A stretch of DNA of 59,602 nt, from contig JBKPNC010000028.1 in NCBI GenBank assembly GCA_046732435.1, forward strand, positions 1 through 59,602. Reading direction: 5' to 3'. A program made the translations under genes and the position numbers. Within the stretch, counting starts at the first letter, position 1; the number at the start of each line of letters is the position of its first letter. Source of the DNA: Actinomycetota bacterium (lineage in GTDB: Bacteria > Actinomycetota > Thermoleophilia > Gaiellales > Gaiellaceae). This document shows, piece after piece, positions 1-9,048 of the stretch. The notes under the pieces were generated by a model. It had not been told where the DNA came from. It saw only the letters and a program-made list of their open reading frames with translations, and searched no databases.

Positions 1-672
1 CACCTTCGCCCCATTCACGTACACGTCGTAGCCGGCGACGCCGACGTTGTCGCTCGACGGCGACCACGAAGCCGACAACGCGGTCTGCGTTGCGCTATCA
101 GCGCTCAGGCCCGTCGGCGCTGTCGGGGCCTGCGTGTCACGGTTCTGGACGGTGAACCAACGCCACGAGTAGCCCTGGTACCCCGCCGCATCACGCGAAC
201 GCGCCTGAACGTGATAAGCGCCGTCCGCAAGCGCCGTCGTATCCCAGTTCACGGATCCCGTACAGGGGTTCGACGTGCAACTCGCTCCCCCGATGAGGAC
301 ACTCCCGAGGAAGAAGTTGATCAGCTTCGGCGCCACATTGTCCGTTGCGGTCGCGGTCAGGGTCACGGCGCCTGACACGGTTGCCTTGTTAGCAGGGGAC
401 ACCCACGAAACTACTGGGGGTGTGGTGTCATTCGAGGCGCCACCGCCACCGATGAAAGGAACAGTGGTAGACACCGCGATCGAACTTCCGGTTGTGGCCG
501 TCACATCGACGCCGGACGCGTCAGTCGGCGGCGTGGTGTCGCTACGGCACGAGATGCTAAGACACCTCGTAGCTTTGACGCTAGAAGCACTGCCAAGCAC
601 CGTGACGAGAGCGAGGAGGACGAGCGAGGCGAATAGTAGGGGGGCGGCTGGCAGTCGACGATGACGTTTCAC
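1..672 (-). CDS. Secreted protein, 5' part only (Ig-like domain followed by fibronectin type III-like domain); runs off the window edge
   Basis: The minus-strand frame has no stop from 672 to position 1 (checked triplet by triplet). GTG at 670-672 is preceded by GAGGAGG. The N-terminus MKRHRRLPAAPLLFASLVLLALVTVLG looks like a signal peptide. Later come DTTPPVVSWVSP...ATATDNVAP (Ig-like) and DTQAPTAPTGL...SWSPSSDNVGVAGYDVYVNG (FN3-like). It is absent from the ORF track because it is open-ended. Confidence 0.75.
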   Translation of the reverse strand, partial: MKRHRRLPAAPLLFASLVLLALVTVLGSASSVKATRCLSISCRSDTTPPTDASGVDVTATTGSSIAVSTTVPFIGGGGASNDTTPPVVSWVSPANKATVSGAVTLTATATDNVAPKLINFFLGSVLIGGASCTSNPCTGSVNWDTTALADGAYHVQARSRDAAGYQGYSWRWFTVQNRDTQAPTAPTGLSADSATQTALSASWSPSSDNVGVAGYDVYVNGAKV

Positions 673-722
673 TTGCTTTGTCCTCCTCGTTGTACCTCGT
701 ACGGGTGACATTAGGCGCAAAA

Positions 723-751
723 GTTCTAGCGAGTTTAGACGTATTTGTCAA
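723..751 (-). promoter_or_regulatory. Candidate promoter for the secreted-protein gene (TTGACA-17 nt-TAGAAC on the minus strand)
   Basis: AT-richer stretch at 672-830. On the minus strand, TTGACA (746-751) is followed by a 17-nt spacer and TAGAAC (723-728), about 50 nt upstream of the GTG start. The -10 match is weak. Confidence 0.25.
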
Positions 752-939
752 GATTGACGAGGTGGGTCTATCAAAAGATACCGCGAAAAAAGCTAATCTT
801 GTCACGCGAAAAGGTTACAACCCAGTGCGCCTGGGCTGCCCCATCCCCGGCGCTCCTCGTCGAGGCAGTCAACGTCGGTGGCGGAAACACGAATGCGGCG
901 CCGCCACAGTCCGAGCGAGTCTTGCGTCAACTTGCGGGA

Positions 940-1342
940 TTAGAAGCGGCGCCGCAGGTTCCGCTCGATTACCATTCGGTGTGGATCAGCGCGCGAGAAG
1001 CGTGAGGGCGCCGCGCTTCGTGTGCGCTGCACCTCGCAGGGAATTGCCTTCGCGAGCGGGATCCTCGGCGGCGTGAAAGCGGCGGGGCCGGCCTGACCGC
1101 GCTCGATCCTCAAGTCCTGCCAGCCGCTCCTCGCTGAAGCGCCGTCGCCAGCGAGCGACAACCTCTGGCGCCGTCTCCAACCGGTGGGCGATCTCCACGT
1201 TTGTTAACCCATCAGCCGCATACAGAATCATCTTCGCCCGCTGCACCACCTTGTAGGAAAGCGTGTAACAGGCGATACGATGCTCGAGCTCGGCTTGCTC
1301 CTCGCCGCTCAATACGATCAGAATCGGGCTCCGTCCGGCCAT
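940..1342 (-). mobile_element. IS630-family transposase N-terminal (HTH) fragment, frameshifted and truncated
   Basis: ORF 986..1342 reads ...IVLSGEEQAELEHRIACYTLSYKVVQRAKMILYAADGLTNVEIAHRLETAPEVVARWRRRFSEERLAGLEDRARSGRPRRF, the typical IS630-type HTH N-terminus. The expected continuation (FTPPRIPLAKAIPCEV...SRFSRADPHRMVIERNL) sits in another frame (ORF 940..1161) and then stops. No DDE domain follows. Confidence 0.7.
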
Positions 1343-1475
1343 CGCCGGGACGGATTCGCCGCGATCACCACGCGTCCTTCAACCTCCACCGAACTTATTG
1401 CCGGAAGCGTTACGAGTCATCGCCCTGGGAAATCACGAGTCGTGCATTGACCGCCGGCGCCACACGCGCTTTCCG

Positions 1476-2047
1476 TCAAGACTCGGAGAGACGCACCGGC
1501 TCAGGGTCGACGGCCGGAGCTCGGGAGAGACCAACGGACGGCGGCCCGGCCCCACCACCCAACGGCCAAGACCAGCCGGCGGAAGCATCCAGCGCGGCTG
1601 GGAGCGCGGGCGCTGTCTTGGTTCGCTCGTGAGTTCGGGCCGGAGGCTGCACTATCTCGGGATGCCTGAGCTGAGCCCACAGGTTCATAACCTGCATGGG
1701 TGCGACATTCTTTTCGGCCTCGAGCTCGGTGGCTCCCGTCTCGCTTCGGTTGCGACGTGACCTGAACGCAGCTACGACTTCGGCGAGGCTGGCGAGGAAG
1801 AAGCTTGGTTTAAATGCCCGAGGCGAGTATCTTCACCATGTGGCTGGCGGATCGAACGCGCTTCCGCCGTTTCGTCGTGCGCTGTTACTTCGAGAGACGA
1901 TCGACGGCTGTCGTAGCCCGGCTCCGCGGACGCGGCCCGGCCTCGCAATCCCAGCGCCGCTACACGCGGACAACCTTCCGAGGTGAGTCGCTCGATGGGT
2001 CGAAGGCGGACGTCGCGTGGCGCCGCAGGCGAATCAATGCCGAGCAA
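1476..2047 (-). pseudogene. Possible degenerate C-terminal remnant of a second IS630-like (DDE) transposase
   Basis: Minus-strand frames give ...ELEAEKNVAPMQVMNLWAQLRH..., resembling the ...LELLPAYAPELNPVE.LWa.LK... end of DDE_3 transposases. Upstream frames are broken by stops. The similarity is weak and judged by eye only. Confidence 0.3.
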
Positions 2048-2214
2048 GTGTGTTTCGCGCGGGCACAGGCGTTCCCGGTGCTGGTCGGTCCCGTCACGAT
2101 GTCGGTCCGGCGTGGCCGGCGCAACGGCCCTGCCGTAACCCTTTTGATATCAGCGGTACTCCATTTCCTGGCGCGCAGACTTCCGCGAGAAGACGACCGG
2201 CCCGCCATTGCCTG

Positions 2215-3135
2215 ATGCGGTACGCCGTCACGGGGGCAGCGGGTTTCATCGGCTCACACCTGGCGGAGGCGCTCGAGGCATCGGGTCACGACGTCGTTGC
2301 AGTCGACCGCTTTAGCGATTACTACGACCCCACGGTCAAGGAGCGCAACGCGCGTCAGCTCAACGTCATGCGGCTCGACCTTGCCGAAGACACGCTCGAT
2401 TTTGCTGGCTTCGACGGTGTCTTTCACCTGGCAGGGCAGCCGGGTGCACGCAGCTTCGGGCCCGTGTTTCCCATCTACCTGCGCGACAATATCCTCGCCT
2501 CACAGCGAGTCTTCGAGGCTGCAGTCGAAAGCGACGTTCGCGTCGTGTTTGCCTCCTCCTCATCGGTTTATGGCGCTGCGGAGCGATATCCCACGCCCGA
2601 GGAGACGGAGCCGCGACCGCTCTCGCCGTACGGGATGACCAAGCTCGCCGCCGAGCACCTTGCAGGCGCCTATGAGCGTAGCCTCGGACTCGACGTTGTG
2701 ACGCTGCGTTACTTCAACGCATTCGGACCGCGGCAGCGACCCGACATGGCGTTCGCACGAATCATTCTCGCGCTCACCCAAGGACGGCCATTCGAGCTGT
2801 ACGGCGATGGCCGACAGACGCGGAGCTGGACTTACGTCGACGACGTCGTCCAAGCGACGCTGGCTGCGATGGAGCGCGGGCGCGGCACGTACAACGTGGG
2901 CGGCGGAGTCGAGGTATCGATGGGGGAGGCGATCGCACTGCTCGAGCGGATCGCCGGTCGCCAACTAAAGCTCAGTAAACGGCCGCCGGTTCCGGGTGAC
3001 CAGCGGCGCACACGCGCCGATACCGCGCGGATTCGCGAGGACCTCGGGTGGATGCCGCAGGTCTCGCTCCAGGATGGGCTCTCAACTCAGTGGCAGTGGG
3101 CTGCAAACGTCGAGGCGCCAGCGAGCGTCCGCTGA
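2215..3135 (+). CDS. NAD-dependent epimerase/dehydratase (UDP-sugar 4-epimerase / decarboxylase-like SDR)
   Basis: MRYAVTGAAGFIGSHL Rossmann motif at the chosen ATG (2215). It has a YGMTK (YxxxK) catalytic motif, and the tail of the 372-aa ORF is typical of the family. The upstream part of ORF 2017..3135 is Arg/Pro-rich and noncoding-like. Confidence 0.9.
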   Translation: MRYAVTGAAGFIGSHLAEALEASGHDVVAVDRFSDYYDPTVKERNARQLNVMRLDLAEDTLDFAGFDGVFHLAGQPGARSFGPVFPIYLRDNILASQRVFEAAVESDVRVVFASSSSVYGAAERYPTPEETEPRPLSPYGMTKLAAEHLAGAYERSLGLDVVTLRYFNAFGPRQRPDMAFARIILALTQGRPFELYGDGRQTRSWTYVDDVVQATLAAMERGRGTYNVGGGVEVSMGEAIALLERIAGRQLKLSKRPPVPGDQRRTRADTARIREDLGWMPQVSLQDGLSTQWQWAANVEAPASVR

Positions 3136-3438
3136 CTGACCGCGGGTTGTGCGCTCTCGCGGCATCGGCTTACCGCACGAAAACATGTCGCCGGACAGCA
3201 CCGCGGATTTGTCCAGCGGTCGGCCGATGACGATGCACTATGGCAGCGGAGATCCGGGCGGTGCGGGCCATGAGGCCGCATTGTCGTCGCTCATGTGGCG
3301 GAAGGAAAGTGGGGCGAGGCAGGGACGCGCTCGCACGCTTGCCGAAAACCACTCCTCCGGCAGTGAGGTATACCGTTGCCTGGAGGCGGTCAAGGAGGTC
3401 GTCTCGAGCCGCACGCTTCTTGCGAGCACCAGCCGCGG

Positions 3439-4584
3439 ATGAGCGCCACGTCCGTCTACTACTTCACCGATTCTCGTGAGGTCGGTGGAGCTGAAGAAGC
3501 GCTTCTGACCCTGATCGAGAATCTCGACCGCCGCAATTGGCGCCCGACGCTCCTCTACAACCCGAGCCCAGCCGTCGCGCAGCTCCCGGAACGCGCGCGC
3601 GGGCTCGGCGTGCAAGTGCGACCAGTCCCCTCGATGCCTCTGGGACTGAAGGGAGCCCGTCGAGTTACGCGCTTCGCGCGTGAACTCCGGCGTGCGAGGC
3701 CCGGCGTCTTCCACGCGCACCTCAGCTGGCCGCTCGCCGCCAAATACGCGCTCTTCGGCGCCGTCGCCGCTCAGGTGCCGGCCATCGTCGCGACCGTCCA
3801 CCTCTTCCCCGAGTTCCGCGTAGATCGCTCGAATTACCTCCAGGAGCGGCTACTCGCGCATCGCATCGGCCGCTACATCGCGGTCTCGAATGACATCGCC
3901 TCTCGGCTTACTGGCACGCTTCGCTGGCCCGCAAACAAGGTCGTGGTGATCCGGAACGGGATCCCGCTGGATCGATTCCCGTCGCCTGTGGACGCCGATC
4001 TGCGCGCGCGGCTGACCGGTCCGAAGGATCGTCCCGTCGTTCTGACTGTTGCCCGGCTGGACGAGCAGAAGGGGCACGAAGTGCTCATCGAAGCCGCAGC
4101 TCGGCTGCCCGAGGCCTGTTTCGTGCTCGCTGGCGAAGGGCCGAGGCGCCCGCAGCTCGAGAAGCAGACTAACGAGCTCGGCCTCGGCGATCGCGTTGTC
4201 TTCCTGGGATGGCGATCCGACGTTCCCCAGCTACTGGCGGCGTGCGATGCCTTCGTGCTGCCCTCGTTGTACGAGGGCACCTCGCTTGCCCTCCTCGAGG
4301 CGATGGCTGCCGGCAAGGCGATTGTTGGTTCTGCCGTTGGCGGCACGGATGAGGTCGTCGTGGACGGTGAAAGCGGTCTGCTCGTTCCCCCGGGCGATGC
4401 GGCAGCCCTCGCGGCGGCGCTTCAGCAAGTGCTCGCCGAGGCTCAACTCCGGGAGCGGCTCGGCGATGCGGCCCGGTCTCGCGCAGAAAGTCACTTCTCC
4501 GCCTCGGTCGCAGCGCAGCGGGTGACCGGCGTGTACGAGGACCTCCTTCATCAGGCTGCCGTTCTGGAACCGGACGAGCGATGA
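3439..4584 (+). CDS. Glycosyltransferase family 4 (GT-B, retaining type)
   Basis: EGTSLALLEAMAAGKAIVGSAVGGTDEVVVDGESGLLVPPGD (E-x7-E region). Start taken at ATG 3439 (MSATSVYYFTDSREVGGAEEALL). Confidence 0.9.
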   Translation: MSATSVYYFTDSREVGGAEEALLTLIENLDRRNWRPTLLYNPSPAVAQLPERARGLGVQVRPVPSMPLGLKGARRVTRFARELRRARPGVFHAHLSWPLAAKYALFGAVAAQVPAIVATVHLFPEFRVDRSNYLQERLLAHRIGRYIAVSNDIASRLTGTLRWPANKVVVIRNGIPLDRFPSPVDADLRARLTGPKDRPVVLTVARLDEQKGHEVLIEAAARLPEACFVLAGEGPRRPQLEKQTNELGLGDRVVFLGWRSDVPQLLAACDAFVLPSLYEGTSLALLEAMAAGKAIVGSAVGGTDEVVVDGESGLLVPPGDAAALAAALQQVLAEAQLRERLGDAARSRAESHFSASVAAQRVTGVYEDLLHQAAVLEPDER

Positions 4585-6146
4585 GCTGCGCCCAGCTCCC
4601 GGAGAAGCTGCGCAACGAGCTGCTACGACGGGTGGATTGGAGGTTTCTGCTCCGGCAGCGAGCAGAGCCGACGAGCATCTCGTTCGGTTCCGGCCGTCTT
4701 GCCCACGCTCTCAAGCTCGTTTCCGCGCCTGCGATGCGCGACGATTCAGGCACGAAGCCTGTCGACCTGGTGGCCCTCGTCAATCCACGCCGCCGAGCGC
4801 TGGAGGTGGCCCGCGACGCACTGCGACCGGGCGGCGAGCTCTATGTGGAGTGGGACGCGGTCGCGCCGAACGCCCCGGCACGCATTCGCAAACGCCTTGG
4901 GGACGCAGGCTTCGCTGACGTCCGCTGCTACTGGCCCTGGCCGTGGCCGCGTCGGGCCTCGGCTCAATGGTGGCTCCCTCTCGATGCGCCGGCGGCGCTG
5001 GAATTTGTCGTGGCATCGCGAGCGCACGAGGCGGACCGATCGTGGCGGCGAAAGGTTCTCCACGTTCTCGGACGCTTGGCACTGCGCGTCGGAGCGGTTG
5101 CCCCGGTGTGCGCGGTGGCTTGCAGGCCGGGTAGCGAGAAGCATGCCCTCGAAGAAGTGATACGACACGAGTGGGATGGTTGGGGTTTTGGTCCCCCACC
5201 CGATCGGCTCACCTGGCTCCTCCTCACGGGCGGCCGGCGCAGCATCAACAAAGTCGTCGGGCTCGTCTTCGGCGGCGCAGATCGCTCGCCGAGGCTGGCC
5301 GTTAAGTTCGCGCGAAGCGAGTTCGACGAAGACGGCTTGCGCCGAGAGGCCGAAACGCTGGAAAGCCTTGCCTCGACGCGACCCGCGCTTGAGAGGCTGC
5401 CGAGGGCGCTGCGGTTCGAGCGCCGCTGCGGTCGTCTCTCTCTCGTCGAGACGGCGGTGCCCGGCGAACCGCTGATTTTCCGCCTTGAACGGGAGACATA
5501 CGCGTACCTCGCTTCCCGGGCAACTGCCTGGCTTACCGAGCTCGCCGGCGCGCCTGCGCGCGAACCCCGCGCCGTCTGGTGGCCGCGTCTCATCGACGAG
5601 CGGCTGCACGAGTTCGAGGAGACGTTCGGCCGCGTTGCCAGTCAGGCTGAGCTCGCCCAGGCGCGCGCTTCGCTTTCGAGGCTCGGCGAGTTGCCGGTCG
5701 TTTGCGAGCATCGCGACTTCGCGCCCTGGAACGTTCTCTTGAACGAGGAGCTGCAGATTGGGCTCGTCGACTGGGAGTCCTCCGAGCCCCGCGGCCTCCC
5801 CGCCCTCGACCTGATCTATTTCCTAACGTACTGCGCTTTCTTAATCGACGACGCGCTGGCTTCGGGCAGTACGCTCGAGTCGTACTCGAGGATGCTCGCT
5901 TCGGACACGTTCACAGGCAGAGTTGCCCGGAGCTGCGAGTTCGCGTACTGCGAGCGTGTCGGGATCGATCCCGAGTTGCTAGGGCCTCTTCGCCTGCTCG
6001 GCTGGATTATTCACTCGCGCTCTGAGTACGAGCGTCTCGTCGCTGATGCCGCCGGCGTGCCGTTGTCGTCTGCGTTGCACAGCAGCCTCTTCCTTGGTTT
6101 GTGGAAGGAAGAGGTACGACGAAGCGGAGAAGTTAGCGACCTGTGA
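4581..6146 (+). CDS. Two-domain protein: class-I methyltransferase-like N-terminus plus APH/choline-kinase-type phosphotransferase domain (WbdD-like architecture)
   Basis: ATGA overlap with the GT4 stop. The N-terminus has ISFGSGRLAHAL ... VDLVALVNP ... ALRPGGELYVEW (motif I / post-I like). The C-terminus has the HRDFAPWNVLL catalytic loop (HxDxxxxN) and VDWES. Confidence 0.8.
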   Translation: MSCAQLPEKLRNELLRRVDWRFLLRQRAEPTSISFGSGRLAHALKLVSAPAMRDDSGTKPVDLVALVNPRRRALEVARDALRPGGELYVEWDAVAPNAPARIRKRLGDAGFADVRCYWPWPWPRRASAQWWLPLDAPAALEFVVASRAHEADRSWRRKVLHVLGRLALRVGAVAPVCAVACRPGSEKHALEEVIRHEWDGWGFGPPPDRLTWLLLTGGRRSINKVVGLVFGGADRSPRLAVKFARSEFDEDGLRREAETLESLASTRPALERLPRALRFERRCGRLSLVETAVPGEPLIFRLERETYAYLASRATAWLTELAGAPAREPRAVWWPRLIDERLHEFEETFGRVASQAELAQARASLSRLGELPVVCEHRDFAPWNVLLNEELQIGLVDWESSEPRGLPALDLIYFLTYCAFLIDDALASGSTLESYSRMLASDTFTGRVARSCEFAYCERVGIDPELLGPLRLLGWIIHSRSEYERLVADAAGVPLSSALHSSLFLGLWKEEVRRSGEVSDL

Positions 6147-7140
6147 CGCTCCGCCATCGCAGACGCGTCCGGCGCGCCACCGCGCGCTCGGCACGCGCCC
6201 GGGCGAGCAAACGGTGACGGCGCGTGCGCGCCCGAGCCGGGATCTCACGCCACAGCACATTCTTCCACCGAGCGACCAGCCGGTCATGCTGGAACTCTCG
6301 AGCCCGCTCGAGCCCATTCTCCACCATGGCGGCGTAGAGGCCGGGATCGGCACGCAACCGCTCGATCGCGGTCAGGACCTGAGCGCTGCTCTCCGCCTCA
6401 AGGTAGTCGAGAGGCGAGCGGCGGAGCTCACGGTACGGAACTTCCGGGCTGAGAACGGCCGGCACGCCTGCCGCCCAGGCATTTTGTAGCTTCGCTGCCG
6501 GTTTCGATCGCGCGTTCCATACAGCCGGCGGGCGCAGCGCCACGGCGACGTCAACCGTCGAATAGTCGTTCCAGCGGAGCTGCGAGTAAGGGCGGTCGTT
6601 CCCAACGAACGTCACCATCCGGTTGTCCCAGCACAGGCCTCGCTCGCGAAGCTCGCCACCCCACGCAGGCGCGGCGAGGTCGTCGTGGAGCTGCTGTCGC
6701 GTACCGATGTACGCGATTGTTTCAACATGCGTCGCACGGCTAGGCTCCCGCGGGATCAGACCAGGCTGGAGCCAGGAGGGGATGAAGACTTGATAATCCT
6801 CGACACTCGAGACGTTTTGCACGATCTCGACGTCCGGGATCAGCTGCGGCCAGCGGTCGGCTCGCACCGAGACAACGATCAGACGGGAGGGCGAGGAAGC
6901 GGCGGCGAGCAGTTGTTCGACGTGGTCGGCGTAAGAGACGACAGCGCCCGACGGAGGTGGAGCGCTGCAGAGCTGCACCGGGGCACCAGCCGCGCGTAGG
7001 CGGAGGAACGTCTGCGGGATCCAGATGTAAAGGCCGGTCGCGAACAGCTGCCAGTCTTCATCGGGCTCGATCGCGTCGACGTCGCGCCCTCGGAGCGCTT
7101 CACGCTCAGGAAGGTAGAACGAAACGACCTCGGCGCTCAT
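6133..7140 (-). CDS. Hypothetical protein, possibly GT-B-like glycosyltransferase (C-terminal half only resembles GT1/GT4)
   Basis: 335-aa ORF in a glycan cluster context. The C-terminal ...KLQNAWAAGVPAVLSPEVPYRELRRSPLDYLEAESSAQVLTAIERLRADPGLYAAMVENGLERAREF resembles the nucleotide-sugar-binding half of GT-B enzymes. No firm motif was found. Confidence 0.6.
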   Translation of the reverse strand: MSAEVVSFYLPEREALRGRDVDAIEPDEDWQLFATGLYIWIPQTFLRLRAAGAPVQLCSAPPPSGAVVSYADHVEQLLAAASSPSRLIVVSVRADRWPQLIPDVEIVQNVSSVEDYQVFIPSWLQPGLIPREPSRATHVETIAYIGTRQQLHDDLAAPAWGGELRERGLCWDNRMVTFVGNDRPYSQLRWNDYSTVDVAVALRPPAVWNARSKPAAKLQNAWAAGVPAVLSPEVPYRELRRSPLDYLEAESSAQVLTAIERLRADPGLYAAMVENGLERAREFQHDRLVARWKNVLWREIPARARTRRHRLLARARAERAVARRTRLRWRSVTGR

Positions 7141-7164
7141 GAGCGCAGGAACTTATCCGTCGCT

Positions 7165-7968
7165 TCAGGTGCCGTAGCGCTGAAGGCCTTCCTCCCACGC
7201 AGCGGCCGCATCTGTCGGGCGAACGCGGTTGTCGAGCACACGATCGTTCGTCGTCTGGAAACGGGTCGCGTAGAAGTTGTGGTACACCAGATCGCCAAAA
7301 ACTGTTCCGACGTCGCCGGGCCCGCGCTGGCGCGTGCGGTCGAAAAAGTGAAGCTTGCCCGCCTCACGGGCGGACATCTCCTCGCCGACGTCGCCCGAGG
7401 CGTCACGCCCCTGGGACCGAGGTCGGTAATGCGAACGGAACGAGTGTCTCTTCTCGACGAAGCGCGCCGTCCGCATTGCAAGGCAGCAAGGGTGCACGTA
7501 CTCACGGTTGAGACGGGCCCCCGAGATCTCGCTCCCGGAAGACAGCGGGGCCAGCAACTCGTCAATCCAGTGGCTGTGGAGCGGAAACGCATCGATGTCG
7601 AGCGCAACGACATACTCCGTCTCCACGAGCAGAAAGCCAATGTCAAGCGCCAGTTCGTGGCCGACATTAAGCGGCAGCTTCACCGTCCTAACACCCCGCT
7701 CGTGCGAGAGGAATTCACGTGAACCGTCACGCGAGCCGTTGTCGACGACGAGGATACGAACGTTCCGCGGGCTCCGGCGCCGGACCGTCCGGAGGAAAGC
7801 GCGGAGATAGGGGTACGAGTCCCAGTTGACGGTTACGACCGTCACCTCGCCCAGCCGTAGCCGATGTACGCGACGCCGTGCCCGGTACCGCAGGCTCGGG
7901 ATGAGCAGGAGCCAGAAGCTGCGCTGAACGCCGCTCCACAAGCGCGGCGGCAGAGATTCGAAAAGCAT
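7165..7968 (-). CDS. Glycosyltransferase family 2
   Basis: VTVVTVNWDSYPYLRAFLRTVRRRSPRNVRILVVDNGSRDGS and ALDIDAFP (DxD-like). Confidence 0.85.
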   Translation of the reverse strand: MLFESLPPRLWSGVQRSFWLLLIPSLRYRARRRVHRLRLGEVTVVTVNWDSYPYLRAFLRTVRRRSPRNVRILVVDNGSRDGSREFLSHERGVRTVKLPLNVGHELALDIGFLLVETEYVVALDIDAFPLHSHWIDELLAPLSSGSEISGARLNREYVHPCCLAMRTARFVEKRHSFRSHYRPRSQGRDASGDVGEEMSAREAGKLHFFDRTRQRGPGDVGTVFGDLVYHNFYATRFQTTNDRVLDNRVRPTDAAAAWEEGLQRYGT

Positions 7969-7975
7969 GCGCGGC

Positions 7976-7982
7976 TAGAGTA
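7976..7982. promoter_or_regulatory. Shared -10-like element (TAGAGT / TACTCT) in the 19-bp divergent gap
   Basis: TAGAGT (7976-7981) lies 6 nt before GTG 7988. On the other strand TACTCT (7977-7982) lies 8 nt before ATG 7968. No Shine-Dalgarno sequence is present for either gene. Confidence 0.3.
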
Positions 7983-7987
7983 CCCGG

Positions 7988-9001
7988 GTGGCGATCGGCG
8001 CGAACACGATGCTGGCCCCTCCGCCGTCGGCGGCGCTGAAACCGAGTGCAGCACCGCCGACGTTCTCCGCGGTCGTCGCTGCGTATCAAGCCGCGGATTT
8101 CATCGCCGATGCGATCGAATCGCTATTGGCCCAGACACTCCAGCCGCTCGAAACCATTGTCTGCGACGACGGGTCGACAGACGATCTCGCAGCAGCCCTT
8201 GACCCGTACAAGGACCGCATAACACTGCTGAAAAAGGAGAACGGCGGCGAGGCATCGGCCAAAAATATGGCTGCTCACGCTGCATCAGGTGATTTCCTTG
8301 CAATTCTCGATGCGGACGATGTCTATCTTCCGGAGCGCCTCGAGGCACTCGCCGAGCTGAGTATCAATCGGCCCGATCTCGACATCCTCACCACTGATTG
8401 TCACGTCGTCGTCGACGGCCGCTACGTCCGTAACTGTTACCACGACGATTTCCCGGTCGACGACCAACGGCGGGCGATCCTGGCCGGAAACTTCGTCGGC
8501 CCCGGCCACATGGCCGTCCGCCGGAAGCCGTTCCTCGCCAATGGCGGCTTCGACGAGTCTTTTCGTCGCGCGACCGACTGGGATTGCTGGATCCGCATGA
8601 TCTACGCGGGCTCCCGGGTGGGGCTGGTCAGCCGCCCGCTTGCCGAGTACCGAGTGCGCGAAACCGGCCTCGCTTCCGACAGAATCCGCCTTGTCGAAGC
8701 CCGCGTCGCGGTGCTGGAGAAGACGACCCGGCGGACTGACCTATCTACCGACGAGCGCGCTCTGCTCGACGAAACGCTAGCGGCCCAGCGCCGACTGCTC
8801 GTGCTGCATCGGACACGGGCCGCGCTCGTGGCCGAGAGCCCGGAGGCACGCCGTCTCGCCATTGCGATTGCATTGGACGCGGGCTTTCCCTGGCGTGCCC
8901 GCGCGAACGCTGTCATGGCCGCGGGGTTGCCCAGCCTTGCTCGCAGGCACCTCGTGGCGCGCGGCAAAAATCGCCAGCTCGCCGGTGACATCGATCTTTG
9001 A
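7988..9001 (+). CDS. Glycosyltransferase family 2 (paralog of 16937..17983)
   Basis: FSAVVAAYQAADFIADAIESLLAQTLQPLETIVCDDGSTDD ... ILDADDVYLPERLEAL. GTG 7988 or ATG 8009 are possible starts. Confidence 0.88.
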   Translation: MAIGANTMLAPPPSAALKPSAAPPTFSAVVAAYQAADFIADAIESLLAQTLQPLETIVCDDGSTDDLAAALDPYKDRITLLKKENGGEASAKNMAAHAASGDFLAILDADDVYLPERLEALAELSINRPDLDILTTDCHVVVDGRYVRNCYHDDFPVDDQRRAILAGNFVGPGHMAVRRKPFLANGGFDESFRRATDWDCWIRMIYAGSRVGLVSRPLAEYRVRETGLASDRIRLVEARVAVLEKTTRRTDLSTDERALLDETLAAQRRLLVLHRTRAALVAESPEARRLAIAIALDAGFPWRARANAVMAAGLPSLARRHLVARGKNRQLAGDIDL

Positions 9002-9048
9002 AGCGCCGTGTGGCCTCCGGCAAGGCATGACGACTTAGACGCTACGCA

